Positions 26,661 to 35,515 of a DNA stretch of 64,000 nt are shown piece after piece; within the stretch, counting starts at the first letter, position 1; the number at the start of each line of letters is the position of its first letter. A program made the position numbers and the translations under genes. Source of the stretch: Thermoplasmata archaeon (GTDB lineage Archaea; Thermoplasmatota; Thermoplasmata; Lutacidiplasmatales; UBA184). The notes beneath the pieces were generated by a model. That model worked only from the letters and a program-made list of their open reading frames with translations. It made no database searches and was not told the origin of the DNA. Location of the stretch: NCBI GenBank assembly GCA_035656275.1, contig DASRSW010000070.1:3026-67025 (forward strand), read 5' to 3'.

Positions 26661-28259
26661 CTAGAGCTCGAGGGGCTCCCCGGCCCGAAGGAGACGTACT
26701 TTCGCCCCTTCCGGTCCGAGGATCTTCTGGTAACGCCCCGGCGTCTCCGAGTGGACGGGGACGATGACGCGGGCCTGGGCGCGTCGCACAAGGTCGATGA
26801 GCTCGGATTCGGTCGCATGTCCCGAGGCGTGGTACCCCGGTTCGAACTGCGGCCGCCCGTCGGCCGGGTCGACCCGGAACCCGACCTGGTGGAGCCCGGC
26901 CCAGGCGATCCATGCCTGGAGCCGCACGAAGTCGAACTCCTGCTCTTCCCCGTGGGCCTCGCTCGAGGAGTAGAGCCACAGCCCACCGGTCGTGGCGCGG
27001 CGGAGGTCGACCAGGTCGTTCGCATCAAAGAAGCTGAAGCAGAGCACGACGCGCCCCGGGGCCGCGATGATCTCGGCGGCGTCCATCGAGGCATCGGGGT
27101 ACGCCGCCTCGATACGCTCCTGCCAGGCCAGCGGCTGGCGGACGCTCGGCTCCTTCCATATCCGCATTCCCCCCGGCCCGAAGTCGACCGGGACACTGGG
27201 GTCTACGTGCCGCAGCAGATGGAGGAGATAGGCGTCCTTCGCGGTCACGACGAGCTGCCGGTCGCTCTCCCGGGCGACTTCGCGGAACGTCGTCAACCGC
27301 TCGATGTTCCGGGGGCCGAAGTCGGCGATCACCAGCCGGCCCCCGTACTCGCGGACCTTGGCTGTCGCATTCGCCCGTACCTCCGCCTCACTGGTCTGCG
27401 GGGGAAGGTGGTCGGCGTCGCTCCGCCGCAATCGCGTGCCCTCCACCAGAAGGACATCGGGGTGGCGGAGCTCCATCGCGCGGAGGAACGCCTCCGTCTC
27501 CCTCCCCCGCGCCCCGTGGAAGCGGACGTCGCCCGTGTAGGCGACGCGGGCCCCGTCCACGTCCAGGACGAACGCCGCCGAGCCGAGCAGCGAGTGGTCC
27601 ACCGGGAAGCTCTCGATCCGGAACGCCCGGGTCACCGGGTCCCCCGCCGCGCTCGCGGGGTCCGGCCCCTCAAACTCGCCGTGCCGAGCCGGGGGCGCCC
27701 GCAGCGCCTCGACGAGGCCGCTCGTGAATTCCCCGAAAAGGTGGAACGCGCGTCGAGAGCGGGGGCCCTTGCGCTCGGTCGCAAGGAGGCCGTCGCCCCG
27801 GTCCACCCTCGGGGTGTAGTAGGCGAACTCGGTCGTGACATCCGACTTGCCGGACTCCTGCACCGCGCGAAGCGTGGCCACCGACGCCGGGGTGGCGTAG
27901 ATCGGGATCGTGGGATCCAGGAACGCGAGCGCACCGCAGTGGTCGAGGTGGGCGTGGGTCAACAGGACCGCGGCAGGGGCTTCGCCGGGGAAATCGGCGT
28001 CTCCGCGAGGGAAGTCGGTCGTCGGCAGCAGATCCGGGCGGTAAAGCCCGCGCCGCTCGGGAAGCAGCCCCACCGCGAGGAGGTCAGTGATCCCGCGGGC
28101 CGGCCGAGGGTGGAGGAACTCCTCGTAGTACTGGCCCATCCGTTTGTAGTTCGTCCCGAAGTCGAGCAGGAGCCCGGCCGACCCGGTGTCCAGAAGGATC
28201 TTCGTCCCCCCGACGCTCGACTCTCCGTCGAGGACCGTCAATCGCGACGCCGAGGGCAT
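26661..28259 (-). CDS. MBL-fold beta-CASP ribonuclease (RNase J-like)
   Basis: Metallo-beta-lactamase motif LLTHAHLDHCG. Beta-CASP motifs TGDVRFHG, YHASGHA and VPVHSE. Confidence 0.75.
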   Translation of the reverse strand: MPSASRLTVLDGESSVGGTKILLDTGSAGLLLDFGTNYKRMGQYYEEFLHPRPARGITDLLAVGLLPERRGLYRPDLLPTTDFPRGDADFPGEAPAAVLLTHAHLDHCGALAFLDPTIPIYATPASVATLRAVQESGKSDVTTEFAYYTPRVDRGDGLLATERKGPRSRRAFHLFGEFTSGLVEALRAPPARHGEFEGPDPASAAGDPVTRAFRIESFPVDHSLLGSAAFVLDVDGARVAYTGDVRFHGARGRETEAFLRAMELRHPDVLLVEGTRLRRSDADHLPPQTSEAEVRANATAKVREYGGRLVIADFGPRNIERLTTFREVARESDRQLVVTAKDAYLLHLLRHVDPSVPVDFGPGGMRIWKEPSVRQPLAWQERIEAAYPDASMDAAEIIAAPGRVVLCFSFFDANDLVDLRRATTGGLWLYSSSEAHGEEQEFDFVRLQAWIAWAGLHQVGFRVDPADGRPQFEPGYHASGHATESELIDLVRRAQARVIVPVHSETPGRYQKILGPEGAKVRLLRAGEPLEL

Positions 28260-28309
28260 CCCCGGTTCCGAGCCTCCCGGGGACCATAACTCCTCGGGAC
28301 GGCCGTGCG

Positions 28310-28807
28310 CTAGGTGACGGCGATCCGGTGCTCCGCGGCCTGCCGGGTCTTGGGGATGGTCAAGGTCAACACCCCGGCCTCGAACTTCGCCGCGACCTCC
28401 GTGGCGATCACCGGCTGGGGGAGCTCCAGCGTCCGCTCGAAGCCGCGGTGCGCGCGTTCGCGCAGCACGAACGCGCGCGGGGACGCCGCCTTCTCATCCG
28501 GCACCTCTCCGCGCACTTCCACCCGCTGCCCGACCACTTTGACCGAGACTCGGTCTTTGGAGATGCCTGGAAGGTCGAACCGGGCCTCGTAGGCCGTGCC
28601 GAGGTCCGCCAGGTCGACGGGGGCGAGGGCGAGATCCCGGGAGCGCGCGGAGGGACCGTGGCTTTCCGCCCAAGGGTCGAACATCGACCGGAGGCGGCTG
28701 CGCACGAACCCCAGGTCTTCCTCCATGGCCCGCATCTCAAGTCGGATGTCGTGGAGGAGGTCGGACTCATCGGAGACGGGACGGAGACGCTTCGCTTCGG
28801 TCGCCAT
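28310..28807 (-). CDS. hsp20: Small heat-shock protein (Hsp20/alpha-crystallin)
   Basis: Alpha-crystallin domain: PVDLADLGTAYEARFDLPGISKDRVSVKVV...GFERTLELP...AKFEAGVLTLTIPK. Confidence 0.9.
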   Translation of the reverse strand: MATEAKRLRPVSDESDLLHDIRLEMRAMEEDLGFVRSRLRSMFDPWAESHGPSARSRDLALAPVDLADLGTAYEARFDLPGISKDRVSVKVVGQRVEVRGEVPDEKAASPRAFVLRERAHRGFERTLELPQPVIATEVAAKFEAGVLTLTIPKTRQAAEHRIAVT

Positions 28808-28856
28808 GGCTGCCCCTCAGGCAGGGGAGCATGCGGCGGGAATGCGATAACCCCCC

Positions 28857-28874
28857 GGTCAATCGCGGTTGACC
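28857..28874. promoter_or_regulatory. Dyad GGTCAA-N6-TTGACC in the divergent hsp20 / osmC spacer
   Basis: Perfect inverted repeat. On the hsp20 (minus) side it is followed after 7 nt by TTATCGC (28844-28850), 43 nt upstream of the hsp20 ATG. It ends 35 nt upstream of the osmC ATG. Confidence 0.6.
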
Positions 28875-28908
28875 CAAGGCTCAAGAGCACTGCGCCCGAG
28901 GCCGGGGC

Positions 28909-29331
28909 ATGGAGGCGCACGCCCTCTGGCAAGGGAAGAGCCGCATCGAGCTGAACGACGGACGCGGCCACCGGGTGGTGGTCGACCTTCCGGAGAGCGA
29001 AGGCGGCGAGGACGCGGGAACATCGGGTCTCGAGCTCGCGCTGCTGTCGTTCGCGGCCTGCGTGCTCACGATCTTTCCGCTCGTGGCGCGGCGCCGTCGC
29101 ATCCAGATCGAATCGATGGAACTCGATATGGTCGGTCACCGCGGCCCGCGGGCGCCGACCATCGAGCGTGTGGACGGCACCCTTCGCCTGCGGTCTTCCG
29201 CGACTCCCGAGGAGGCCGAGACCGCGCTCCGACTGACGGTCCGGACGTGCCCGGTGGGGGTTCTTTTTGAGCGCGCCGGCGTGCCGGTCCAACTCCGCCT
29301 CGAGCCGATCGGGGCGCTTGTGACGGCATGA
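28909..29331 (+). CDS. OsmC/Ohr family protein
   Basis: 140-aa ORF with SGLELALLSFAACVLTIF and LTVRTCPV (the two conserved Cys). ATGA overlap with fhs. Confidence 0.75.
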   Translation: MEAHALWQGKSRIELNDGRGHRVVVDLPESEGGEDAGTSGLELALLSFAACVLTIFPLVARRRRIQIESMELDMVGHRGPRAPTIERVDGTLRLRSSATPEEAETALRLTVRTCPVGVLFERAGVPVQLRLEPIGALVTA

Positions 29332-30965
29332 CGACGCGACCCATCTCCGAGATCGCGGACCTCCTCGACCTCGCAAAGTCGGACCGGATCCCCCGACGCG
29401 CCGACGTGCTCAAGGTCCCCGTGCGCGCGGTGCGGGAACGCGTTCGTCCAGAGCGGCGGGGGAGGCTGGTGCTCGTCACCGCCATGACCCCGACGCCGCA
29501 CGGCGAGGGGAAGACCGTCACGGCCATCGGTCTCGCCGAGGGGCTGTCGCGCGTCGGCCGGCGGGCCGTCGTCTGCCTGCGCCAGCCGTCCCTCGGACCC
29601 GTCTTCGGGATCAAGGGCGGTGCGGCGGGCGCCGGCCGCGCGCTCGTCGAACCTGCCGTCGCCATCAACCTCGGACTCACCGGAGACATCGACGCCGTGG
29701 GGCACGCGCACAATCTCATCGCGGCGATGCTCGACAACCACCTCACCCACGGCAACGCTCTCGATATCGACCCGACGAAGATCCGCTGGCCCCGTACCCT
29801 CGATACGGAGGACCGGCCCCTGCGCCAGGTCCGCATCGGCGTCGACGGGGCCAAGGGGAGCGTCGCCCGGGATTCGAGCTTCGTGATCACCGCCGCCAGC
29901 GAGGTGATGGCGGTCCTCGGACTCGCCCGGGACTACGCGGACCTCCGCCAGCGCCTCGGCCGGATCCTCCTCGGGGAGCGCCGGGACGGTCGTCCCGTCC
30001 GCGCCGAGGATATCGGCGCGACCGGCGCCGCGGCCGCGCTGCTGCGCGATGCGCTCGAGCCGAACCTCGTCCAGACCGCCGAGGGGACCCCGGCGCTGGT
30101 CCACGGCGGGCCGTTCGGCAACATTGCTCACGGCACGGCGAGCCGTCTCTCGATCGAGCTCGGCCTCTACTCGAGCGAGTATGCCCTCGTGGAGGTCGGG
30201 TTCGGAAGCGACCTCGGGTGCGAGAAGTTCGTCGACCTGGTCGCCCCCTACGCCGACCTGGCGGCCGACGCGGCGGTCCTCGTCGCCACCGTTCGTGCCC
30301 TCCGCTACCACGGAGGAGAGACCGCCGAGGGGGCGGGCGACCGCCTGGCCCACCTCCGTGCGGGGCTCGCCAACCTGGAAAAGCACGTCGAGAACGTGCG
30401 CCGTTTCGGACTCCCCACGGTGATCGCCCTCAACAAGTTCCCGGACGACCAGCCCGAGGAGCTCGCGGCCGTCCGCGAATTCGCCCTGGCGCTCGGGGTC
30501 CCGATCGAGGTCTCCGATGGCTACGGTCGCGGCGGGGCCGGGACGGAAGAGCTCGCGAATCGTGTCGTCGAGCTGGCCGCCCGAGGCCAGCGCAGCCGCC
30601 CGCTCTACACGCCGGGCACTTCGATCGTCGACGCGGTGGACCGGGTCGTGCGGGAGGTCTACGGTGGGGACGGCGTCGAGTGGCTGCCGAGCGCCGAGGC
30701 CGACCTCGGGGAGCTCGACCGCTGGGAGGAGGCGGGCGGGCCGGTCTGCATCGCAAAGACCCAGCTCTCGCTGTCGGACGACCCCCATCAGCTGGGGCGG
30801 CCGCGTCACTTCACCCTCCACGTCAACCGGGTGACCCGCTCCGCCGGGGCGGCGTTCACCGTCGTCCAATCCGGGCGCATCTCCCTCATGCCGGGCCTTC
30901 CCAGCACCCCGGCCGCCCGCTCGATCGACCTGGACCCCGACGGGACGGTCCGGGGCGTCCGGTAG
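29328..30965 (+). CDS. fhs: Formate--tetrahydrofolate ligase
   Basis: TPTPHGEGKTVTAIGL (P-loop), LRQPSLGPVFGIKGGAAG, GPFGNIAHG, ICIAKTQLSLSDDP. Confidence 0.95.
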   Translation: MTTRPISEIADLLDLAKSDRIPRRADVLKVPVRAVRERVRPERRGRLVLVTAMTPTPHGEGKTVTAIGLAEGLSRVGRRAVVCLRQPSLGPVFGIKGGAAGAGRALVEPAVAINLGLTGDIDAVGHAHNLIAAMLDNHLTHGNALDIDPTKIRWPRTLDTEDRPLRQVRIGVDGAKGSVARDSSFVITAASEVMAVLGLARDYADLRQRLGRILLGERRDGRPVRAEDIGATGAAAALLRDALEPNLVQTAEGTPALVHGGPFGNIAHGTASRLSIELGLYSSEYALVEVGFGSDLGCEKFVDLVAPYADLAADAAVLVATVRALRYHGGETAEGAGDRLAHLRAGLANLEKHVENVRRFGLPTVIALNKFPDDQPEELAAVREFALALGVPIEVSDGYGRGGAGTEELANRVVELAARGQRSRPLYTPGTSIVDAVDRVVREVYGGDGVEWLPSAEADLGELDRWEEAGGPVCIAKTQLSLSDDPHQLGRPRHFTLHVNRVTRSAGAAFTVVQSGRISLMPGLPSTPAARSIDLDPDGTVRGVR

Positions 30966-30975
30966 GAGCCCGGGT

Positions 30976-30993
30976 CGTCAACCCGGATTGACG
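30976..30993. promoter_or_regulatory. Dyad CGTCAA-N6-TTGACG downstream of fhs
   Basis: Perfect inverted repeat 11 nt after the fhs stop, followed after 7 nt by TCTTGTT. It lies in a 245-bp convergent spacer. Confidence 0.5.
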
Positions 30994-31210
30994 AGCCCCT
31001 CTTGTTCCCGGGGAACTCCGGTCACGGTAGGACGGCGGCCACCAACGGACCGTCGGGCTCTCACTCGATTCGGAGGGCGGGCTTCTCGCGCCTCAATGAC
31101 CGTCGCCGACAGAGTGGGGACCGTCCTGTGGACCGCGGCCGCCGTCTCTAACCCCGGGGGTCGACGCGGGGGAATCCGGCGCTTCCCCGGGCACGCCCGA
31201 GCGTCCGGGT

Positions 31211-31612
31211 CTACGCCGCATTCGGCGACGCAGGTCTACTCTGGACCTCGATCCAGTTCCCGTCCGGGTCCTGGACGAAGCCGATACGGTACCGCGTACC
31301 CTCCGACCATGCGGGGATCGCCGGAGTCGCCCCCAAGGTGAGCAACCGGGCCACCGTCTCGTCCGCATCGGCGACTTCGAGGCCGAGGTGGTCGAGGCCC
31401 TCCCCCGGGGTGTACGGCGTCGCGTAGGGGGATTCCGGTGGGTACCAGTTCAGTTCCAGCTGCTGGTGCGAGACCGGGTCCTCGAGCCCCACGAAGAGGC
31501 CGCCGTGACTCATCTGCCCTCGACCGCGCTCCACGAGGCCCAGTCCCTCGAGATAGAAGCGGAGCGAACGGTCGAGGTCGCGGACACGGATTCCCACGTA
31601 GGCGAGCGTCAT
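31211..31612 (-). CDS. VOC family protein (glyoxalase I-like)
   Basis: 133-aa ORF: AYVGIRVRDLDRSLRFYLEGLGL...HLGLEV...GFVQDPDGNWIEV. Confidence 0.8.
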   Translation of the reverse strand: MTLAYVGIRVRDLDRSLRFYLEGLGLVERGRGQMSHGGLFVGLEDPVSHQQLELNWYPPESPYATPYTPGEGLDHLGLEVADADETVARLLTLGATPAIPAWSEGTRYRIGFVQDPDGNWIEVQSRPASPNAA

Positions 31613-32379
31613 CCCGCGCTCCCGCGACGTGCGGCCCCGACGACCGGGGCCGGGCCTGCGGGAGGTCCCGGCGGTCCCGGCGTCGGCATCACCTCGGGCG
31701 ACGGCTCGGAGTCGGCGTACATCCGCAGGTACGGAAGCACCGCGTCCAGGACCCGGTTCTCGGCTTTCCGCAGGTGTTCCTCAAACGTCGAGCGACTCAC
31801 CCCGGCCCCCCGGGAGAGGATCTCGGTCGTCGTCCGGCGGGGGGAGGAATAGTAGCCGGAGCGGTGCGCGGCGAGGATCGAATCCGTTTGGCGGCCGGTC
31901 AGGTCGGCGAACAGGCTCTGCACCCAGATCGAGGTGGGGAGGGCGCTCAGGGGAAGCTCCCGTTTCTTCAGCAGCTCCGTCGTGCCTCGACCGGTCAGGT
32001 CTCGGAAGACGTCCCGCGTCCGGCGGTCGTCGAGGCTCAAGATCCGGAAATATCCCCACCTGTCCTGGAACACGGAGGGCGGAGACTCGATGCACTCGTT
32101 CTCTTCGGCGATCGTCCAGATGCTCTCGTAGTGCCCACAGGTGCACTCGAGAAGGAACGTGCGTCCCGTGCGGCTGTCGACCCACTCATCGACCACGCGA
32201 CCGGCCGCCCGAATGCCGCGCTCGATGCCGTCGAGCGTGGTTGGCTCCCGTGTCGGTACTTGGAGGAGCTCCCGGTTCCAGACGCACCACATTGAGATGG
32301 GCGTCTCGGGGTATTTCGCGCTCAACTGAATGAACGGGTGGTCGTAACGGGCCCGCAGGGAGATCTCCCAGAGCGACAT
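31609..32379 (-). CDS. HTH_10 (bacterio-opsin-activator-like) DNA-binding protein
   Basis: The C-terminus (LTGRQTDSILAAHRSGYYSSPRRTTTEILSRGAGVSRSTFEEHLRKAENRVL) matches the archaeal Bat-type HTH. Start placed at ATG 32379 (MSLWEISL). 4-nt overlap with the VOC gene. Confidence 0.75.
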   Translation of the reverse strand: MSLWEISLRARYDHPFIQLSAKYPETPISMWCVWNRELLQVPTREPTTLDGIERGIRAAGRVVDEWVDSRTGRTFLLECTCGHYESIWTIAEENECIESPPSVFQDRWGYFRILSLDDRRTRDVFRDLTGRGTTELLKKRELPLSALPTSIWVQSLFADLTGRQTDSILAAHRSGYYSSPRRTTTEILSRGAGVSRSTFEEHLRKAENRVLDAVLPYLRMYADSEPSPEVMPTPGPPGPPAGPAPVVGAARRGSAG

Positions 32380-32724
32380 CGCTGGGGGGAGCGGGTGGTG
32401 GGTCTTACGGGTTGAGCCGTCGTTCGACGGCTCGCCACGACGGTAGCATCCGCCTCCCTCGGCGGGCGTTACCCCCTCCATGGACGCCGCCACTCCGTTC
32501 GGAATCGGACCGTGGGCCACTGTGCAGGTCGCGACGTTGAACGCGGAGATCGAGCAGTACTTCGGGTCGGAGTTTGGTCCCGAGGGCCACGACCGCCGGC
32601 TCGCCGCCGCCCGGGGGGAGCGGAGGGGGAGGAGGGGATCGGTCTCCCTTCGCCGCGTGTGGAGCCGGCTCCGCTGGTTCCTCGGCGGCGCCTCCGCGGG
32701 AGCCCCACGCAGAATGGCGGGGCG

Positions 32725-33864
32725 CTAGCGGGACGCTCCGTCGGTCGCCGGCAGGACCCCGGTCACCGGGACCCAGCTCAGGAGCGCGAGGGGAACGACA
32801 GTCAGGAGGCCCAAGGCGACCCAGGCGAGGGCATACGAGCTCCCCGCGACGATGATCGCGAAGAGGTACGTGACGGGGGCTCCCCCCACGATCTGGATCG
32901 AGTTGAAGGTCCCGATGGCGAGCGGGACCTCCGCTCGGGGGATCTCCGGAAGGTACGGCGCAAGGACGTACATCATGGCGTAGATCGCCCCATAGGTGAG
33001 GGAGAAGACCACGGCGAGCACGGCGACGACGTCCAACCCTACGAAGGGCACGGCCAGGAGGAGACCACCGCTGAGCGCCGTGGCCACGACCATCTGCGTC
33101 CGCCGGTTCGTGTAGCGCTCGGTGAGCGCCCCCCCGACCGGGCCGCCGAAAAGGCTCGGGAAGACGAACAGTGACGCCACCCCACCGGCGAGGGCTGGAC
33201 CCCAGCCCAGCACGACCTGGGCGTAAGGGACGAAATACTGGCCGGCCGAGAGGGAGGCCCCCTCGAGACCGATGAAGGCGAGCCCGATCCCCCACACCGC
33301 CCGTGAGCGGAGCGCCGCCGGAACGCCCCGCGGGACGGCGCGTACCTCGTCCTCGGCCGTTCGAGGCACGAGGGGGACCGCCACCAGAAGGAGCGTCAGG
33401 AGAAGGAGACCCCCCACGGCGAGGCCTCCGCGCCACCCGATCGAGGGAATGAGGAGCGCCGTCACAAAGACCCCGAGCGCTGCCCCCGCGCTGAACGCCG
33501 AGCTGAACGTCCCGACGGCGACACCGCGCCGGCCCTCCGGCTGGAGGCTGGCGACGAGGCCGATCGCCGGGGAGAAGAAGAGCGCCGCGCCGGCTCCGGC
33601 GACGGCGCGCAGGGCGACCAACACCTCGAAGCTGGGCGCGAGGGAGGAGGCGAGCGCGCCCGCGCCGAGCAACAGCGCGCCCCACAGCGTGACGCGTCGG
33701 GGCCCCCACCGACGGGCGAGGATCCCGGCCGGGACCTGGATCGCACCGGCGCCGACCAGGAAACCGGCGAGGAGGACCCCCCACTCGGCCGGTCCGACGC
33801 CGAAGGTGGCCGAGACCCCGGTGAGTCCGGGCCCCAGGTCGAACCAGTTGTACGCATACGCCAC
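32725..33864 (-). CDS. MFS transporter
   Basis: 379-aa polytopic ORF with an MFS-like loop (ILARRWGPRRV). Confidence 0.7.
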   Translation of the reverse strand: MAYAYNWFDLGPGLTGVSATFGVGPAEWGVLLAGFLVGAGAIQVPAGILARRWGPRRVTLWGALLLGAGALASSLAPSFEVLVALRAVAGAGAALFFSPAIGLVASLQPEGRRGVAVGTFSSAFSAGAALGVFVTALLIPSIGWRGGLAVGGLLLLTLLLVAVPLVPRTAEDEVRAVPRGVPAALRSRAVWGIGLAFIGLEGASLSAGQYFVPYAQVVLGWGPALAGGVASLFVFPSLFGGPVGGALTERYTNRRTQMVVATALSGGLLLAVPFVGLDVVAVLAVVFSLTYGAIYAMMYVLAPYLPEIPRAEVPLAIGTFNSIQIVGGAPVTYLFAIIVAGSSYALAWVALGLLTVVPLALLSWVPVTGVLPATDGASR

Positions 33865-33972
33865 CCGGAGCGCGATCAGGGCGACCGTGGCGCGCCCGGC
33901 GGTCCCGCGAGCGAAGCCGGCAGCGGCGCTCGTCGCGGTCCCCGACCCCCCCGGAACGGAGCGGCGGGAAGG

Positions 33973-34734
33973 CTAATCGTTTCCGGCGGGCGGCTCGACG
34001 GACGCCCCGTCGAGCAAGGTCCCGAAGCGCGCGCGCAGATAGCTCGCCATCTTGGGATTCTTGCGCATGAGCTCGGTGAGGGTGGTCACGACGGCGTCGC
34101 GGACCCGGGGCCTCGGGTCGACGGCCAGCTCCGCCAGCCCCTCGACCGCTTCCGTCGGGAAGCGCGGCGCCACGGCCCCGAGCACCCGCGCGAGGTCCGC
34201 ACGGATCCCCTCCTCGGCGTTGGCCGTCCACGTGCGGACCCATCCGCCGACGATCGAGGGGTGAAGCCCCAGAAGATACGGGATCACGTCCTGCGTCGCG
34301 ATCGTCGCGACGCGCGGGCTGCGGTCGCCGAGGAACAGCTCGAGGCGGCCGATGAGCCGCCGCGTCCGGACCTCGTCGGTCACGCTCGCCGTATGGCGGC
34401 AGGCGAGCGCCGCCACCTCCCGCAGGCGGTCGTCGGGGTCGAGCGCCCATTCCTGCGTGGCGTCAAAGACGGTCTCAAAGTCCTCCTCCATCAGGCGGCG
34501 CAGCCGGTCGGCCACGTTGCGCCGGACCGCGGGGTCCTCGGAAAGGGCGTGCCGTCGCAGTTCCCCGATCGCGATCGTCGGAGGGGGAGAGGAGGAAGGC
34601 TCTGTCGCGTCCACGAGGGGGGCTAGACCGGGGGGGTCAAAAACCTCGGCCCGCACCTTCCCCGTTAACTGCTCCGCCGACTCGCCCGTTCCTCGGCCCA
34701 GCGACGGGGGGATAATCGTGGAAGAGGTGGTCAT
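33973..34734 (-). CDS. HEAT/ARM-like repeat protein
   Basis: Helical repeats with the DPxxRVR pattern (DPAVRRNVA, DDRLREVAA, SPRVATIA, DPRPRVRDAV). The start is uncertain (34770, 34734 or GTG 34656). Confidence 0.5.
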   Translation of the reverse strand: MTTSSTIIPPSLGRGTGESAEQLTGKVRAEVFDPPGLAPLVDATEPSSSPPPTIAIGELRRHALSEDPAVRRNVADRLRRLMEEDFETVFDATQEWALDPDDRLREVAALACRHTASVTDEVRTRRLIGRLELFLGDRSPRVATIATQDVIPYLLGLHPSIVGGWVRTWTANAEEGIRADLARVLGAVAPRFPTEAVEGLAELAVDPRPRVRDAVVTTLTELMRKNPKMASYLRARFGTLLDGASVEPPAGND

Positions 34735-35476
34735 TCGGGACCCGCTCGTCCTCCTCGGAGACCTCCTCACCGGCGGGGCGGAGTGGAGGAGGGTGCGGCC
34801 GCTCCTCGCGAACGCCTTCGAGCTCCTGGAGGTGGACCTGGGGAAGGTCGCGGCCCGTCGGTCGAGCGGGGGCGCCGACCTCCCCTTCCTGCTCGCCGAA
34901 GAGCTCGTGCGCGGCGACGTCTACCCGGTCCACCTCCTCGCCTCCACGTTTGCTTCGGGCGCCGCTCTCGGGCTCGCCGAAGCCCGACCGGACCTGTTCC
35001 GCAGCCTCCTCTTGCACGCTCCGCTGGTGGAACTGGAGCGCGACCGATCCACCCCGACCGGTCGGCCGCTCCGTGGCCGGTTTGCTGCGCTCGCCCGGGC
35101 CCTCGAGAAGGGGTCGGCCGAGGAGGCGACGCGCGAGTGGCTCTCGGTCTTCGGAGAGTCGGTCGACACCCCCGTCCCCGAGCTGACGGCCGAGATGGCG
35201 CAGCGGTCCCCGACCTGGCTCGCCGAGTTCCATCGGGCCGACGCGTGGCGCGTACGGACGGGCCTCCGCGATTTCCTTCCGCCGACGCTGATCGTGGGAG
35301 GAGAGCTCGAGCCGGTCTTTCTCCAGCAGGCCGCCGCGGAGCTCACGGAGCACCTGACCAACGCCACGCGGCTCCGCTTGCCGGGGGCGGGGCACCTTCT
35401 CCCGTTCACGGAGCCCGCCCGATTCGCGGGGGTCGTGATGTCGTTCTGCCTCGAGCGCAACGTCCCGACGGCCTAG
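34718..35476 (+). CDS. Alpha/beta-hydrolase fold protein
   Basis: The C-terminal part of the 374-aa ORF: PLVLLGDLL...LLHAPL...LPGAGHLLPFTEPARFAGVV. Start placed at GTG 34718 (or 34727). Upstream of that, the ORF is antisense to the HEAT gene. Confidence 0.55.
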   Translation: MEEVVIRDPLVLLGDLLTGGAEWRRVRPLLANAFELLEVDLGKVAARRSSGGADLPFLLAEELVRGDVYPVHLLASTFASGAALGLAEARPDLFRSLLLHAPLVELERDRSTPTGRPLRGRFAALARALEKGSAEEATREWLSVFGESVDTPVPELTAEMAQRSPTWLAEFHRADAWRVRTGLRDFLPPTLIVGGELEPVFLQQAAAELTEHLTNATRLRLPGAGHLLPFTEPARFAGVVMSFCLERNVPTA

Positions 35477-35515
35477 CTCGGGTCACGGTTATCTTTCCGG
35501 CCTCGTACTCCGGCC

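Noticed and set aside
29136-30869. 577-aa minus-strand ORF
   Set aside because: It is antisense to fhs, which has unmistakable formate-tetrahydrofolate ligase motifs.
30988-31341. 117-aa plus-strand ORF downstream of fhs
   Set aside because: It is Arg/Gly/Pro/Ser-rich and antisense to the VOC gene over its 3' third. It is kept only as a possible non-coding transcript region (see the finding for 30966-31210).
32405-34450. 681-aa minus-strand ORF
   Set aside because: It runs out of frame across the MFS transporter and HEAT genes. It is Arg/Gly/Pro-rich, whereas the MFS frame gives a clean 12-TM-like protein.
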